Below are positions 36,123 to 44,205 of a stretch of DNA of 45,990 nt, one piece after another. A model generated the notes under the pieces. The model was not told where the DNA came from. It was given only the letters and a program-made list of their open reading frames with translations, and made no database searches. Source of the stretch: a bacterium. GTDB lineage: Bacteria > Patescibacteriota > Minisyncoccia > UBA6257. Numbering within the stretch: the first letter of the stretch is position 1; the number at the start of each line of letters is the position of its first letter. The stretch lies in the NCBI GenBank assembly GCA_021162155.1, contig JAGGZF010000032.1, forward strand, positions 1-45,990, written 5' to 3'. The translations under genes were made by a program, and so were the position numbers.

Positions 36123-36566
36123 ATGGGTAAGAAAAGAATAGTAACAAAAACAGGAACAGAGCGACTTTCTATATCAGAAAAGGCGCGGTTATTAGCGCAG
36201 AAATTGGCCAAAAAGAAGGGAGTTAATCAGGTGAAAATTTATATTCGCGCTTCATATAACAATACTATTTTAACTTTGACTGACCTGAAAGGAAATGTCT
36301 TGGCTTGGGTAACTGCTGGTTCTTTAGGATTCAAGGGTCCTAAAAAAGCCACTCCTTACGCTGCCTCTAAAGTAGCAGAGGTGTTAATGGAAGCAATTAA
36401 GAAAATGGGAGTTTCTTCAGCAGAAGTATATCTGGAAGGCATAGGAGCAGGAAGGCAGTCGGCTCTTTATAGTTTAGCCGCTCAGGGTTTGAATATAGTT
36501 CTGATAAAAGATATAACTCCTATTCCTCATAATGGTCCTAAACCACCTAATGTGAGGAGGGTATAA
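36123..36566 (+). CDS. rpsK: 30S ribosomal protein S11
   Basis: 147 aa with IYIRASYNNTILTLTD, GFKGPKKATPYAA and ITPIPHNGPKPPNVRR. Confidence 0.95.
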   Translation: MGKKRIVTKTGTERLSISEKARLLAQKLAKKKGVNQVKIYIRASYNNTILTLTDLKGNVLAWVTAGSLGFKGPKKATPYAASKVAEVLMEAIKKMGVSSAEVYLEGIGAGRQSALYSLAAQGLNIVLIKDITPIPHNGPKPPNVRRV

Positions 36567-36580
36567 TAATTGTTTTTATT

Positions 36581-37183
36581 ATGTGGGATGCTCGCTGTAA
36601 AAAATGTCGTTATTTTGGAGAAAAGTTGTTTCTTAAAGGAGAGAAATGTTTTACTCCTAAATGTCCTCTGGTGAGGAAAGGTGCTAAAGTATCTAGGGGC
36701 CGCTATAGTGGATACAAAAAGCAGTTGATAGAGAAGCAGAAAGTTAAGTTAATCTATGGGATACGAGAGAGACAGTTAAAAAGATATTTTGAAGAAGCAC
36801 TAAGGAAAGAAGTTGCTACTCCGCAAGCCTTGGGTCAGATTTTAGAATTAAGAATGGACAATGTTGTTTTTAGGTTAGGATTTGCTCCTTCTCGGTCTGT
36901 TGCTAGGCAATTGATATCTCATGGTCACTTTCTGTTGAATGGAAAACCTCATAATATATCGTCTACTATTCTAAAAGTAGGGGATATTGTTAGTATCAAA
37001 CCTAATAGTTTAAAAAAGAAGATATTCCAAGACCTAACAGAAAGGATTAAAAAAATTAATGTCCCTAAATATCTTCATTTAGATTTGAAGAATATAGAGG
37101 GGAAAGTAGTTTCTGTGCCAGATATGGAAGAGATGAGAATGCCATTTGATTTAAGGCTTGTGGTGGAATTTTATAGCCGTTGA
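36581..37183 (+). CDS. rpsD: 30S ribosomal protein S4
   Basis: 200 aa with an N-terminal Cys cluster CKKCR...CFTPKC, YGIRERQLKRYF, and the S4 RNA-binding domain RMDNVVFRLGFAPSR..ARQLISHGH. Confidence 0.95.
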   Translation: MWDARCKKCRYFGEKLFLKGEKCFTPKCPLVRKGAKVSRGRYSGYKKQLIEKQKVKLIYGIRERQLKRYFEEALRKEVATPQALGQILELRMDNVVFRLGFAPSRSVARQLISHGHFLLNGKPHNISSTILKVGDIVSIKPNSLKKKIFQDLTERIKKINVPKYLHLDLKNIEGKVVSVPDMEEMRMPFDLRLVVEFYSR

Positions 37184-37204
37184 ACTATATCTTGTTAATA
37201 AAAA

Positions 37205-37282
37205 GTTTTAATAAAATAGAGTTTTAATAAAACAAGTTTAATAAAATAAAGTTTTAATAAAATAAAGTTTTAATAAAATAAA
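37205..37282 (+). repeat. Five tandem copies of a 15-16 bp unit (consensus GTTTTAATAAAATAAA)
   Basis: The units are at 37205-37220, 37221-37235, 37236-37250, 37251-37266 and 37267-37282. A partial copy (GTTAATAAAAA) lies just upstream. The array fills the rpsD-rpoA spacer and ends 8 nt before the rpoA ATG. Confidence 0.85.
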
Positions 37283-37290
37283 TAATCTCT

Positions 37291-38217
37291 ATGTTCCAAC
37301 TATTTTCTAATTTTAGAATAGTAAAACAAGATAGGACTTATGGAGAATTTGAGATAGAGGGATTATACCCGGGCTACGGAATAACTATAGGGAATGCTTT
37401 AAGAAGAGTACTGCTTTCCTCTATAGAAGGAGCAGCGGTGACCTCTTTTCGTATTTCTAATGTACCTCATGAATTTTCTACTATTCCCTATGTATTAGAG
37501 ACAGGGATAGATATAATGCTGAATTTGAAACAATTAAAAGTAAAGTTATTCAGCGATGAGCCACAAATTCTCCGTTTAGAAGCGAAGGGCGAAAAAGAGG
37601 TCCAAGCCAAAGATTTTTACCCCAACCCAATGGTGGAGATATTGAATCCTGATCTTCATATTGCTACTTTGACTAATAAAAAGGCCTCTTTGGGTTTACA
37701 GGTAACGATAGAGAAAGGGTTAGGATATGTGATGGCCGAAGAAAGAAGAAAGGAGAAACTACCTATAGGCACTATTGCAGTAGATGCACTGTTTAGTCCT
37801 GTAATAAAAGTTAATTTTTGGGTGGAGAATATGAGAGTGGGGGAGAGAACTGATTATAATCGTTTGTTTATAACTATAGAAACAGATGGCTCTATTTTGC
37901 CCCAAGAAGCATTAGTAAAGGCAGCGCTTATTTTAGAAGACCATTTTTCCCTTCTTAAAGAAAAAGCAAGCTTAGAAAGCGGAGATAATGTTTCTTCCTC
38001 AAAAAAGAGTTATTCTGTGGAACCAAAAGAGATATCTATAGAAGAGCTAAATTTAAGTAATCGCACTAAAAATATATTATTAAATAATGGAATTAAAACT
38101 TTAGCTGGATTATTGCGTTATCGAGAAGAGCATTTACAAAAAATAGAGGGATTGGGTAAGAAATCCTTGGAAGAAATTAAAAAAGTATTACAAAATTTAC
38201 AATACACTCTTAAGTAG
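37291..38217 (+). CDS. rpoA: DNA-directed RNA polymerase subunit alpha
   Basis: 308 aa with GYGITIGNALRRVLLSS. The C-terminal domain has LNLSNRTKNILLNNGIKTLAGLL and IEGLGKKSLEEIK. Confidence 0.95.
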   Translation: MFQLFSNFRIVKQDRTYGEFEIEGLYPGYGITIGNALRRVLLSSIEGAAVTSFRISNVPHEFSTIPYVLETGIDIMLNLKQLKVKLFSDEPQILRLEAKGEKEVQAKDFYPNPMVEILNPDLHIATLTNKKASLGLQVTIEKGLGYVMAEERRKEKLPIGTIAVDALFSPVIKVNFWVENMRVGERTDYNRLFITIETDGSILPQEALVKAALILEDHFSLLKEKASLESGDNVSSSKKSYSVEPKEISIEELNLSNRTKNILLNNGIKTLAGLLRYREEHLQKIEGLGKKSLEEIKKVLQNLQYTLK

Positions 38218-38225
38218 AAAAGTGT

Positions 38226-38579
38226 ATGAAGCACCTTAAAGAAGGCAGAAAATTACATCGAAAAAGGGATCAAAGAAAGGCACTAAAGAGGTCTTTAGTT
38301 ACTAATTTAATACAAAAAGGGAGAATAAAAACAACTAAAGCCAAAGCCAAAGAAGCGCAAAAATTGATAGAACGTCTTATAACTGTAGCCAAAAAACAAG
38401 ATTTTAATGCTTTAAGGAGAATTCGCCAGCACCTCTCTGCCAAAGTAGCACAGAAACTTTTTTATGAGATAGCCCCTCGCTATCTTAAAAGGAAAGGAGG
38501 TTATACTCGCATCATTCATACCTCTCTTCATAGAAAGAATGATGGATCTGATTTAGTTATATTAGAATTTGTAGAATAA
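38226..38579 (+). CDS. rplQ: 50S ribosomal protein L17
   Basis: 117 aa: MKHLKEGRKLHRKRDQRKAL...IKTTKAKAKE...GGYTRI. Confidence 0.93.
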   Translation: MKHLKEGRKLHRKRDQRKALKRSLVTNLIQKGRIKTTKAKAKEAQKLIERLITVAKKQDFNALRRIRQHLSAKVAQKLFYEIAPRYLKRKGGYTRIIHTSLHRKNDGSDLVILEFVE

Positions 38580-38603
38580 GAATTAATCTTTCTTAACACT
38601 TTT

Positions 38604-38969
38604 ATGAAACAGAAAAGAAAAACGGATAAAGTTCAAATAATAGATGCTACTGGCAAATCATTGGGGAGATTATCTTCCCAGATAGCACTTATTTTAGAAG
38701 GCAAAGATAAAGCAAATTTTGCTCCCCATAAACCCGGGGATACTACGGTAATAGTGAAAAATCTATCAAAAGTAAAATTTACCGGAAAGAAATACAAAAA
38801 CAAACTTTACAGGTGGCATACAGGATATTTAGGGCACTTAAAAGAGTTGACTTTAGAACAAATGTGGAAGAAAAGTCCGGAGAGAGTATTGCGTTTAGCA
38901 GTTAGGGGAATGCTTCCCAAAAATAAACTTCGGGACCGTCGCCTGAAGAGATTAAAAATTAAGCTTTAG
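38604..38969 (+). CDS. rplM: 50S ribosomal protein L13
   Basis: 121 aa with IIDATGKSLGRLSSQIA, WHTGYLGHLK and AVRGMLPKNKL. Confidence 0.93.
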   Translation: MKQKRKTDKVQIIDATGKSLGRLSSQIALILEGKDKANFAPHKPGDTTVIVKNLSKVKFTGKKYKNKLYRWHTGYLGHLKELTLEQMWKKSPERVLRLAVRGMLPKNKLRDRRLKRLKIKL

Positions 38970-39475
38970 TGAGTAATATTAGTTTTATGAGAACTAAAGT
39001 TAAAAAAGAGAAAAAAAGTACAAATAGAACACGGACTACGACCGAGAAGAAGGCAAAGAAAGAAAGTTTAGAGAAAAAGCGTTATATAGAAGCGGTAGGA
39101 CGAAGAAAGGAGGCAGTGGCAAGAGTAAGGTTTATAAAAAGCCAACCCGGAATTATAATAAATGAAAAACCTCTCACGCAATATTTTCCTTTAATGTCTT
39201 ATCAAAATAAAGTTTTATCTCCTTTTTCTTTATCTGAGGACCTTGCTAAAGTACCTCAGAAATTCCTTTTGAGTATTAAAGTAAAGGGAGGAGGATTAAC
39301 AGGACAAGCAGAAGCAATAAGATTGGGCATTAGCAGATGCTTAGTGAAAATAAATGAATCTTGGAAACCTTTATTGAGGAAAGCAGGTTATTTAACCAGA
39401 GATGCCCGGGTAGTAGAAAGAAAGAAATATGGCAGAAAGAAGGCGCGGAAGCGACCTCAGTGGTCTAAACGATAA
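38969..39475 (+). CDS. rpsI: 30S ribosomal protein S9 (with ~35-aa basic N-terminal extension)
   Basis: 168 aa with GRRKEAVARV, GGGLTGQAEAIRLGISR, and the C-terminus KKARKRPQWSKR. The track start is GTG 38969, which overlaps the rplM stop. ATG 38987 is an alternative start. Confidence 0.9.
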   Translation: MSNISFMRTKVKKEKKSTNRTRTTTEKKAKKESLEKKRYIEAVGRRKEAVARVRFIKSQPGIIINEKPLTQYFPLMSYQNKVLSPFSLSEDLAKVPQKFLLSIKVKGGGLTGQAEAIRLGISRCLVKINESWKPLLRKAGYLTRDARVVERKKYGRKKARKRPQWSKR

Positions 39476-39571
39476 TAGTTTATAGATTGTTGTGTCGGAA
39501 AATTTGACTACAAAATTAGCCAAATCATTTAATTATTTTGTATCTTAACAATTAAAAAGGAGGTGATTAAG

Positions 39572-40345
39572 TTGAAAGACACAAAAGAAAGAAATTTCCT
39601 GGTAGAAAACAATTTAAGATTAATTTATGTCTTTTTAGGGGGATTATCAATGAGCTACTTGAAAATGTTGGGTGTGGAAGAAGAGGATTTAAAAGGTGAA
39701 CTATTCTTGACTTTACTAAAAGTAGCAGAAAACTGGAACCCTAAGAAGGGTAAACTCAGTACTTATGCCTTTACAGCTTTCAGAGCTGCTCTTGCCAGAA
39801 TTATAGGTGAGAGTCGCTTAATTCATTACGACTGGGAACCAAAAGAACTTTTCGTAAAACTTCAGAAGAGTCAGCAAAAATTAGAGCGGGAATTAGGACA
39901 TAAACCAACTATTGCAGAATTAGCTAAAGAGATGAATCTTACTCCGAGAATGATAGAAAAAATACTCGAAATGCGAAGAAAAGTAGCATCTTTAGATGAT
40001 GATATATCTACAGATATAACCCTTTTAGATACATTATCTCCTTCTCTTGTAAGTTTAGAGGAAGAAGTAGTCCAGCGAGAATATGAAAAATGGAGAGTTA
40101 AAGTTATCCAAGAAGGTTTAAATCACCTGAGCGCCAGGGAAAAATTTGTAATAACAAGATATTATGGATTAGATGGCGCTGAACCATCAACTCTACAAGA
40201 AGTAGGTCACCTTTTAGCCCAAAGAGAAAATAAAAAGAAGGATTTCTCCCGAGAGAGAATAAGACAAATTAGAAATAAGGGATTAATGAAATTAAAAAGA
40301 TATATTCAAGGAAAATATGTCTTTCTTTGTAAGCCCCATTTTTAG
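39572..40345 (+). CDS. Alternative sigma-70-family RNA polymerase sigma factor
   Basis: About 257 aa. Region 2 is LSTYAFTAFRAALARII. Region 4 is LQEVGHLL...SRERIRQIRNKGLMKLK. GGAGG at 39559-39563 sits 8 nt upstream of TTG 39572. The track start, GTG 39563, would overlap that SD. Confidence 0.75.
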   Translation: MKDTKERNFLVENNLRLIYVFLGGLSMSYLKMLGVEEEDLKGELFLTLLKVAENWNPKKGKLSTYAFTAFRAALARIIGESRLIHYDWEPKELFVKLQKSQQKLERELGHKPTIAELAKEMNLTPRMIEKILEMRRKVASLDDDISTDITLLDTLSPSLVSLEEEVVQREYEKWRVKVIQEGLNHLSAREKFVITRYYGLDGAEPSTLQEVGHLLAQRENKKKDFSRERIRQIRNKGLMKLKRYIQGKYVFLCKPHF

Positions 40346-40378
40346 CAATAATATATTAAAAATGGGGCTTATTTTTTA
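40331..40378 (+). terminator. Rho-independent terminator between convergent genes
   Basis: A perfect 14-bp stem pairs AAGCCCCATTTTTA (40331-40344) with TAAAAATGGGGCTT (40357-40370) around a 12-nt loop. A T6 run follows at 40372-40377. The stem overlaps the sigma-factor stop codon. Confidence 0.65.
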
Positions 40379-41737
40379 CCAACTTACTGATTGTATCCCT
40401 TCATTATCTAAATAGAAAATTCTTCGGAGCGAGTTATCTACTTGGAATTGTTTATCTTTTATATTCTGTGTTACTAAGAACGCTTTTTTCTGGTTGCGGT
40501 CATAAATATAGAGGGTTTGGCCCTGACAAAATAATAGATATTCTTGGTTATAGAACCACTGAGGCATTTTGTCTGAGTGAAGCGCTAACCCCTCTTTTTT
40601 AGAAGTGAGGACATCATAAATAAAAGAATTATTACCCTTTTTTCTAACAAGAAGAGAGGTGTTTTCTGGAGAGAGTTGAAAATCAGTTACCTCTCTTGCT
40701 ATTAATTGGGGCACATCTTTTTTAGTGATTAAGTAAAGATTTTGAGAGGAATCCAGAACAAGAAGATAATTTGAATTATTTAGAACGAAAGGATGTATAA
40801 GGGCGGGATTTTTACGGTCGATATGGAAAACGAAAAGAGATTCTTGCTGTATGTTTTTGGTGTTAAAGTTATAACTGAATAGTATTCCCTGATTGGAGAA
40901 ATAATATAATTTTGAACCAGAGGGGGTTAGGAATAAAACTTTTTGGTCTACGAGTTGCTCTAAATTATCTTCTAAAAATTCATAATTATATATTGCTTGT
41001 TCGGTTTGGATAATTAAACTGTCTTCTTGATGGGGAGAGAAAAATACTTTATGTATTGTAAATTTTTTTGTTTCTGTTAGTTTTTCTTTAAATAACTTCT
41101 GGAGATAATGTTGTAGTTCTATAGTAGATTTAGAGATGCTGCCAAGGTCTTCGAAATGAATAGAGCCAAGATAAAGATAATATTTTTGTCCTACTTGATA
41201 TATTATCCTTTTGTCTTCTTTATCTAAGATAATTGGGGGCGAATTAGTAGTATTTACCTCTTTACTTTGTTTTGTAGACCTGTCAAATTCGAATATATGA
41301 TATTTAGTTTTTGAAGCAGCAACTTCTTTGGTTATGTAAATAATTTGATTATTGTCTGGCGATAATTGAAAATCAATAATTTGCTTGTTTTTAATTAAAG
41401 TATGAGGTGACCATTTGACAGGAAGAAGATGGAAAGAGATTTTAGTAAGAGCATTCCTCTTTACAGATACTTTCTTATCTTGGGAATAAAAACCGGGGCA
41501 GGTGGCAGTGATAATATAATCTTTAGGAATAAGTTTGATTTTCTTAACTCCTCGTCTAAGAGAATAAATTTTATTGTCTATATTTAATATTGCCGAGGGA
41601 GGATAGACTCTAATTTCTACGGTTCCTTTATTAAATAGGGCAAGATTAGGAGCGGTATTAGAAGAAGTAGAGATAAAATAAAATAAACCTATGCAGGTAA
41701 TAATTGAAATAATATATATAGAGAAACGAATATTCAT
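40376..41737 (-). CDS. PEGA-domain protein with TolB-like beta-propeller repeats, membrane anchored
   Basis: 453 aa. An N-terminal TM segment is followed by a PEGA-like segment (VEIRVYPPSAILNIDNKIY...ITATCPGFYSQDKKVSV). Recurring DFQLSP(D/E)N-type propeller-blade motifs follow. Confidence 0.5.
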   Translation of the reverse strand: MNIRFSIYIISIITCIGLFYFISTSSNTAPNLALFNKGTVEIRVYPPSAILNIDNKIYSLRRGVKKIKLIPKDYIITATCPGFYSQDKKVSVKRNALTKISFHLLPVKWSPHTLIKNKQIIDFQLSPDNNQIIYITKEVAASKTKYHIFEFDRSTKQSKEVNTTNSPPIILDKEDKRIIYQVGQKYYLYLGSIHFEDLGSISKSTIELQHYLQKLFKEKLTETKKFTIHKVFFSPHQEDSLIIQTEQAIYNYEFLEDNLEQLVDQKVLFLTPSGSKLYYFSNQGILFSYNFNTKNIQQESLFVFHIDRKNPALIHPFVLNNSNYLLVLDSSQNLYLITKKDVPQLIAREVTDFQLSPENTSLLVRKKGNNSFIYDVLTSKKEGLALHSDKMPQWFYNQEYLLFCQGQTLYIYDRNQKKAFLVTQNIKDKQFQVDNSLRRIFYLDNEGIQSVSW

Positions 41738-41808
41738 ATTCCTAATCTACTTTATTATAACTCATTGTCTTAAATAAGAAAATATTGTACAATGATAATA
41801 GTAATGGT

Positions 41809-42921
41809 ATGTCTTTGTATAATTTTCATTCATCTCAGTGGGGCCACTCTTTATTAATTGTATCCAGTATCTTATTAGTGACGGGGATGATTAGTTTAAT
41901 TAGCGCTTCTGCTGTAATAGGGATACAGAAACATAATGATGTCTTTTATTTTGTAAAGAAGCAGTTATTAGGGATATTATTGGGCGCATTGTTGGGATAT
42001 ATTGTTCTTAAAATGCCCGTTCGTTTTTGGCAAAAAACATCCTCCTTTCTTTTAATAATTAATATTATTCTAATAATTTTGTGTTTTGTGCCCTCCTTAC
42101 AAGCTCCCGGCGCGGCTGCCCGGCGCTGGATAAAACTTGGTCCTTTTACTGTCCAACCATCTGAGTTTTTGAAAATAACCTATAGTGCTTTTGTGGCATC
42201 TTTATTAGCGAAATTCTCTCTTGAAGAGAGAAGGAAAGTGTGGGGAATCCCTTTTATAATTTTTATTTTTTCTCTGGCAGTCATATCGGGCATTATTCTC
42301 AAGCAGCCATCCACTGGCACGCTATTTACTTTAGTAACTGCCAGTATAGCAATGTATTTAGCGGCAGGTATGACTCCTGTTCAATTATTGTCTTTGGCGT
42401 TGATAGTTGCCATAGGGGGATTTTATGTAGTTCAAAAAACTCCTTATCGATTAGAAAGAATTATATATTTTATGTCTCCAGAAAAAGACCCTTTAGGTAA
42501 AGGATATCATATACTTCAATCTCTTCTTGGTATAGGCTCTGGCGGATTATGGGGAGTTGGTTGGGGGAGATCTGTTCAAAAATTCAATTATTTGCCAGAG
42601 AGTCATACCGATGCTATTTTTGCTATAATAGCAGAGGAGTTTGGTTTTATAGGTTCAGTTTTTATTTTGTTCTTATTCTTAATGCTGTTTTCTCTGGGTC
42701 TTAAAATAGCCCGCTCTGCCAGAACAAAGTTCGAAACATTTTTCGCTATAGGTTTAATATGTAATATCTGTATTCAAGCTCTAATTAATATAGGGGTTAT
42801 GACCGGAGTTTTTCCTTTTACTGGGGTGCCTCTACCCTTTATTAGTTATGGTGGTTCTGCAATGATTACAACTTTAGTTAGCGTAGCTTTACTTTACAAG
42901 ATAGCACTAAAGAGGGGATAA
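41809..42921 (+). CDS. ftsW: SEDS-family peptidoglycan glycosyltransferase (FtsW/RodA)
   Basis: Motifs PSEFLKI, GLWGVGWG, LPESHTDAIFAIIAEEFGFIG and PLPFISYGGSA. The track ORF begins at TTG 41785. ATG 41809 is preferred here but the start is uncertain. murG follows. Confidence 0.85.
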   Translation: MSLYNFHSSQWGHSLLIVSSILLVTGMISLISASAVIGIQKHNDVFYFVKKQLLGILLGALLGYIVLKMPVRFWQKTSSFLLIINIILIILCFVPSLQAPGAAARRWIKLGPFTVQPSEFLKITYSAFVASLLAKFSLEERRKVWGIPFIIFIFSLAVISGIILKQPSTGTLFTLVTASIAMYLAAGMTPVQLLSLALIVAIGGFYVVQKTPYRLERIIYFMSPEKDPLGKGYHILQSLLGIGSGGLWGVGWGRSVQKFNYLPESHTDAIFAIIAEEFGFIGSVFILFLFLMLFSLGLKIARSARTKFETFFAIGLICNICIQALINIGVMTGVFPFTGVPLPFISYGGSAMITTLVSVALLYKIALKRG

Positions 42922-42928
42922 TAATCTT

Positions 42929-44119
42929 ATGTCTTATCAAATACCTTCTCAGACAATTCGCATAGTTCTTACTGGTGGCGGTTCGGGCGGTCATACTTTT
43001 CCTTTAATAGCAGTAGCAAGAGAATTAAGGAAGATGTCTCAAAAGAAAGGACAGAGTTTAGAATTATTTTATATAGGTCCAGATGATTTTGCGGCCGACT
43101 TCGTGCGCCAGGAAGGAATTGCAGTGAAAACTATTTTAGGAGGTAAGTTCCGGAGGGATTGGAGCCCGGGAAATCTATTAAAAAATATAGTAGATATATT
43201 CAAAATTATAGGAGGTTTGGTGCAGACATATTATTATTTATTAGTATTAATGCCTGATGCTATATTTTCCAAAGGTGGCTATGGTTCTTTCCCGGTCGTT
43301 TTTTGGGGAATAGTTTTTGCCATCCCTATATTTATTCATGAAAGTGATGCAGTGCCCGGCTTAATGAACAAGATGAGTGCTAAATTTAGCAGAACTATTT
43401 TTGTAAGTTTTCCTGATACCCAACGATATTTTCCCCGGCACAAGACGATAGTGACCGGCAATCCGATCAGAATTGATTTAGTTGCAGAGAGAATAGATCC
43501 TTCGAGGGCTAAAGAATTGCTGAAGTTGGATAACAAAAGACCGCTTGTTTTGGTTCTTGGTGGTTCACAGGGCGCTCAGCATATTAACGATATTATTCTG
43601 GATATACTGCCAGAAGTAATAGACCGGGTACAAATAGTTCATCAGACCGGAAATAAAAATTATCAACAGGTCCAGAGAGAGGCAGAGATAGTATTCCGAG
43701 AGATTATAAAATCAGAAGAGAATAAGCAATTTTACCATCCTTATCCTTTTTTGATAGAGACAGATAAACCTGTACCACATTCTTTAAAATTTCTCTATGC
43801 TGCAGCGGACTTGATTATAGCCAGGGCTGGCAGCGGTTTAATTTTTGAGATAGCAGCAGTAGGTAAGCCGTCTATAATAATTCCTCTGCCTTGGGCTAGT
43901 CAGGGGCATCAGCTCAAAAATGCTTATGCTTATGAAAAATCAGGCGCCTGTGTGGTGGTAGAAGAGAAGAATCTGCGCACTAATATATTTTCTGATTTAA
44001 TCCTGCGATTGCTTCAAGATAAGAAGAAATTAGCACAAATGTCCAAAGCTGCCCTTTCTTTTGCTAAACCACAGGCCGCTGAAGTAATAGCCCAATATCT
44101 CTGGAGTAGGGGATTATAA
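42929..44119 (+). CDS. murG: UDP-N-acetylglucosamine--N-acetylmuramyl-(pentapeptide) pyrophosphoryl-undecaprenol GlcNAc transferase
   Basis: 396 aa with GGGSGGHTFPLIAVA, LGGSQGA, ARAGSGLIFEIAA and GHQLKNA. Confidence 0.9.
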   Translation: MSYQIPSQTIRIVLTGGGSGGHTFPLIAVARELRKMSQKKGQSLELFYIGPDDFAADFVRQEGIAVKTILGGKFRRDWSPGNLLKNIVDIFKIIGGLVQTYYYLLVLMPDAIFSKGGYGSFPVVFWGIVFAIPIFIHESDAVPGLMNKMSAKFSRTIFVSFPDTQRYFPRHKTIVTGNPIRIDLVAERIDPSRAKELLKLDNKRPLVLVLGGSQGAQHINDIILDILPEVIDRVQIVHQTGNKNYQQVQREAEIVFREIIKSEENKQFYHPYPFLIETDKPVPHSLKFLYAAADLIIARAGSGLIFEIAAVGKPSIIIPLPWASQGHQLKNAYAYEKSGACVVVEEKNLRTNIFSDLILRLLQDKKKLAQMSKAALSFAKPQAAEVIAQYLWSRGL

Positions 44120-44144
44120 AATAAATATAAAATAAATGGGTTTT

Positions 44145-44155
44145 TGTGGTATAAT
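44145..44155 (+). promoter_or_regulatory. Extended -10 promoter element TGTGGTATAAT
   Basis: Identical 11-mer to 20076-20086. It lies 50 nt upstream of the gltX ATG. Confidence 0.45.
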
Positions 44156-44205
44156 TAATTTAGTGCTTAGTTTAGCTATGGGTTTAGCTATCTATCTTTA
44201 AGCAT

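Noticed and set aside
37205-37282. Considered whether the tandem 16-bp repeat array is a CRISPR array.
   Set aside because: The units are directly abutting with no spacers, are only 15-16 bp long, and are almost pure A/T. No cas genes are nearby.
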